Shown here in pieces: positions 61,836 through 64,000 of a DNA stretch of 64,000 bases. The DNA is from Rhynchopus sp. YZ270_cl-10. Lineage: Eukaryota. Numbering within the stretch: position 1 is the first letter of the stretch; every line of letters starts with the position of its first letter. Both the position numbers and the translations under genes were made by a program. Location: the NCBI GenBank assembly GCA_964035575.1, contig OZ037833.1:1736001-1800000 (forward strand), in the 5' to 3' direction. The notes under the pieces were generated by a model. That model did not search any database and was not told the DNA's origin. It was given only the letters and a program-made list of their open reading frames with translations.

Positions 61836-62845
61836 CAGGCCTGGGCCTAAAGTGGGTGCCCGGGGCCCGATTTTGATTTTATTTTATTTTTTCTAAGGAT
61901 TTTACACGGGGGAAAAATTATTTTTTCTAAGGATTTTATACGGGGAAAATTTATTTTTCTAAGGGTTTTTCTTAGGGGAAAAAGTCTGGGGGGTCGGGCC
62001 GGGCCCCGTGTGGCTGAGAATAACTCGCACTCTGCCCGGGAGTGCGGTACCAAGCCATAATGAACAAAAAAAGTCTCCACCCCGCTTCCTTCGGTCTCGT
62101 CCCTTTCACCTCCCGCACAACAGAATAAATAATAATACAGTATGGTGCGTGTGACTGCAAACGTCGAGGGAACCTTGCTTCTTGCAGTGCTGCAAGTGCT
62201 CGCCACCACGGTGGTAGCAAAGTGCATTGCGTTGGCGCACTTGGGCAGGCCCTGACGGCACTGAGGAACGAAAAAGAAAAATAATTCAGCGCCTCCCAGG
62301 TCTGCACCTTTAAAAAAAATTTGCCTGCGGCGCCATTTTCCCTTTTTTGCTCTGCAAAAAAGGATTCGCTGAGTGGCTTTGTGGTATAAAAGCTGCATTT
62401 TTTATACTGTACCCTAATTTTTTTTCGCCTGCGGCGCCGTTTTATATTCATCCCGAACATTCGGGGTGCACGTAGCGCGTAGCGCGCCCGGGTTTAGGAC
62501 CCCTTCTTGAATTTCGAGGGGGCGGTTCACGTTACAGTGGGTCCAGAATCATAGTTCAATTTAACCCCGCTAAGCAACTCGCTGGTGGTAATGACCAAAA
62601 CGTGTATCAGCCAAGAACTTGCCCATTTTTTTCAAAATGACCCCGTGACAGTGAGGGTAAAAGCTCGGAAAACCCGAAAAAGGCCAAAAAAAAACCCCCG
62701 AAAAGGGAAAACCGAGAACATATTTCGGCAGGGGGCAGCGTGTTCTCAGAAAAATCCAAAAATTGCCTGTAAAAATCCTTAGAAAAAACCTGGGTGCCCG
62801 ATCCAAAAAAATGGAAAAAACCCCAGGGTGCCCGCCCACCCCTGC
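61836..62845. mobile_element. Probable non-autonomous TIR element (MITE 6)
   Basis: Imperfect TIR CAGGCCTGGGC / GCCCACCCCTG. AAAACAGC flanks both sides (61828-61835 and 62846-62853). Subterminal TTTTCTAAGGATTTT repeats on the left, inverted near 62772. Confidence 0.7.
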
Positions 62846-64000
62846 AAAACAGCACAACCATACTAAGGGATTTTTACTTCCGCGGGGGACGATTTAACAC
62901 AGCAAAAACAAGGGAGCCAAACCCATAGGCCCTATGGGTTGCACCCATATCATTTTCTTCTAATTTTATTTCGTCCAAAAAATGTAAAGTTGATAGTGCA
63001 AACGCCTCTGGACAGGAACGCAGGCACTGGGCAACGGGTAACGTGAAAAAAAGGGTCTGTGTGCACACAAGGGTAAATAATAACAGAGAGAACAAGGTTC
63101 AGTCGTAAAAGTGTAAACAAAAAGAACAGAAGAAACAGACCCAACACGAACAGGCAGGAACAGACGTGGGTGAGTCCATTGTGCACTGGAAAAAAAAACA
63201 CATCTTTTTGTGAGGGCATTTTTTCCCCCCATACAAAATTCGTTGGGGCCGGAACATATCTACAAGAATGAAACCTTATGAATGTGGCTCTCATCCTTTT
63301 TCTCATGATTTGCACCATACTGTCTAATCGAAAAATGGAGACAAATTCTTAAGAAAAGATGGTGTTTGTCCATTTGTCCATTTGTCTATTTGTCCATCAT
63401 AAAGAAACTGTGATAAACTCCTTCTCAAGCAAAACATTGAAGGCCGAAGTGGAGAAGGTTTCCGCGTCAACAGCATTTAGACAGTGGGTCAAGTCGGTCC
63501 TAAGGCAAGGTGTAATTGCTCGCCTCAAAGATACGATGTCGCATTCTCGGTGCTCACCTGAATGCAGAGAAATGAGTGATACCACAATGGGCTATCCTGA
63601 TACTGTCCCTTTTAGTTGCCGATAAGAAAAGCGAGGTGGGGGTGTGGGGGGGTAGGGGGCGAATGGAAGTTGGTTGCAGAATATCAAACGATTAGTGAGA
63701 TGATCCTAAGCCTGTGCTGACTGAGCTTCTGATCCTTAGTCACCCCCCTCTTTTAAAAAAGAGGAAAAGCGAACCCTTATGGGGGATTTTTTAGCAAAGC
63801 AAAAAGTGCTACAAAAAAGAATGTGGCAAAAGCTAAACTGGGGGAAGTTGGTTCGGGGGGGAGGGAATACATTATGGCCCACCCTAAGCGTGGATGTGAT
63901 GGGGTGTTTGTATTTTGAGAAAATGGATTTTTTTCTTTTTTTAGTTTGGTCCATTAGCTGTCAAATCCAAGGACGCCTTTCTGAAAATTGGGTATTAGTG

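Larger units (their letters stand above)
215..63029 (-). repeat. Dispersed stem-loop sub-type C, AGTGCCTGCGT-var-GAGGCGTTTGCACTTTCAACTT, ~11 copies
   Basis: Clear copies at 13241-13282, 34732-34771, 62988-63029, 57991-58035, 35114-35214, 7381-7462 and 7632-7704. Weaker copies at 215-253, 5952-5975, 12046-12086 and 59872-59893. Confidence 0.8.
2468..63744 (-). repeat. Dispersed stem-loop sub-type A, AGGTGACTAAGC-loop-GCTTAGG(A/T)TCATCT, ~13 copies
   Basis: Copies at 2468-2507, 2683-2708, 3380-3414, 4914-4947, 6097-6133, 7498-7529, 11833-11864, 21236-21263, 28156-28186, 28822-28855, 50527-50587, 58083-58120 and 63698-63744. Start/end span first to last copy. Confidence 0.85.

Noticed and set aside
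215..63744. Stem-loop motifs as CRISPR repeats or integron attC sites (GTTGAAA ends)
   Set aside because: Spacing is irregular, repeats are diverged, there is no cas or integrase gene, and the context is eukaryotic with introns.

Overview
Eukaryotic nuclear DNA. All 16 protein-coding genes I could support lie head-to-tail on the minus strand. Coding exons are GC-rich, introns are mostly short GT-AG (43-126 nt, a few up to 400 nt), and spacers are AT- and homopolymer-rich. This layout, plus an acylated PPEF and UBA-tailed myosins, suggests a euglenozoan with cis-introns (diplonemid-like; inference only). Genes, left to right: NPL4-like, PPEF/RdgC phosphatase, two tandem CUE/UBA-tailed myosins, two tandem RPS9, a hypothetical protein, a 1620-aa secreted Cys-rich protein, a START-domain/multi-TM protein, a coiled-coil hypothetical, a C2/Pro-repeat/ankyrin protein, AMACR, a histidine phosphatase, a USP, a Thr-rich membrane protein, an RNF212-like RING protein, a Nudix hydrolase and a MOK kinase. 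Counting both copies of the myosin and RPS9 pairs gives 18 loci. The spacers hold six non-autonomous TIR elements, three with perfect 8-bp TSDs. The most striking unexplained signal is a dispersed superfamily of about 35 short stem-loops in four sub-types. They share a basal stem, often a CGAGAG loop, a 3' YYCAA(G/C)Y-like tail and a T-rich tract. Every copy I found is non-coding and on the transcribed strand. All calls and splice models were made by eye, with no database searches.
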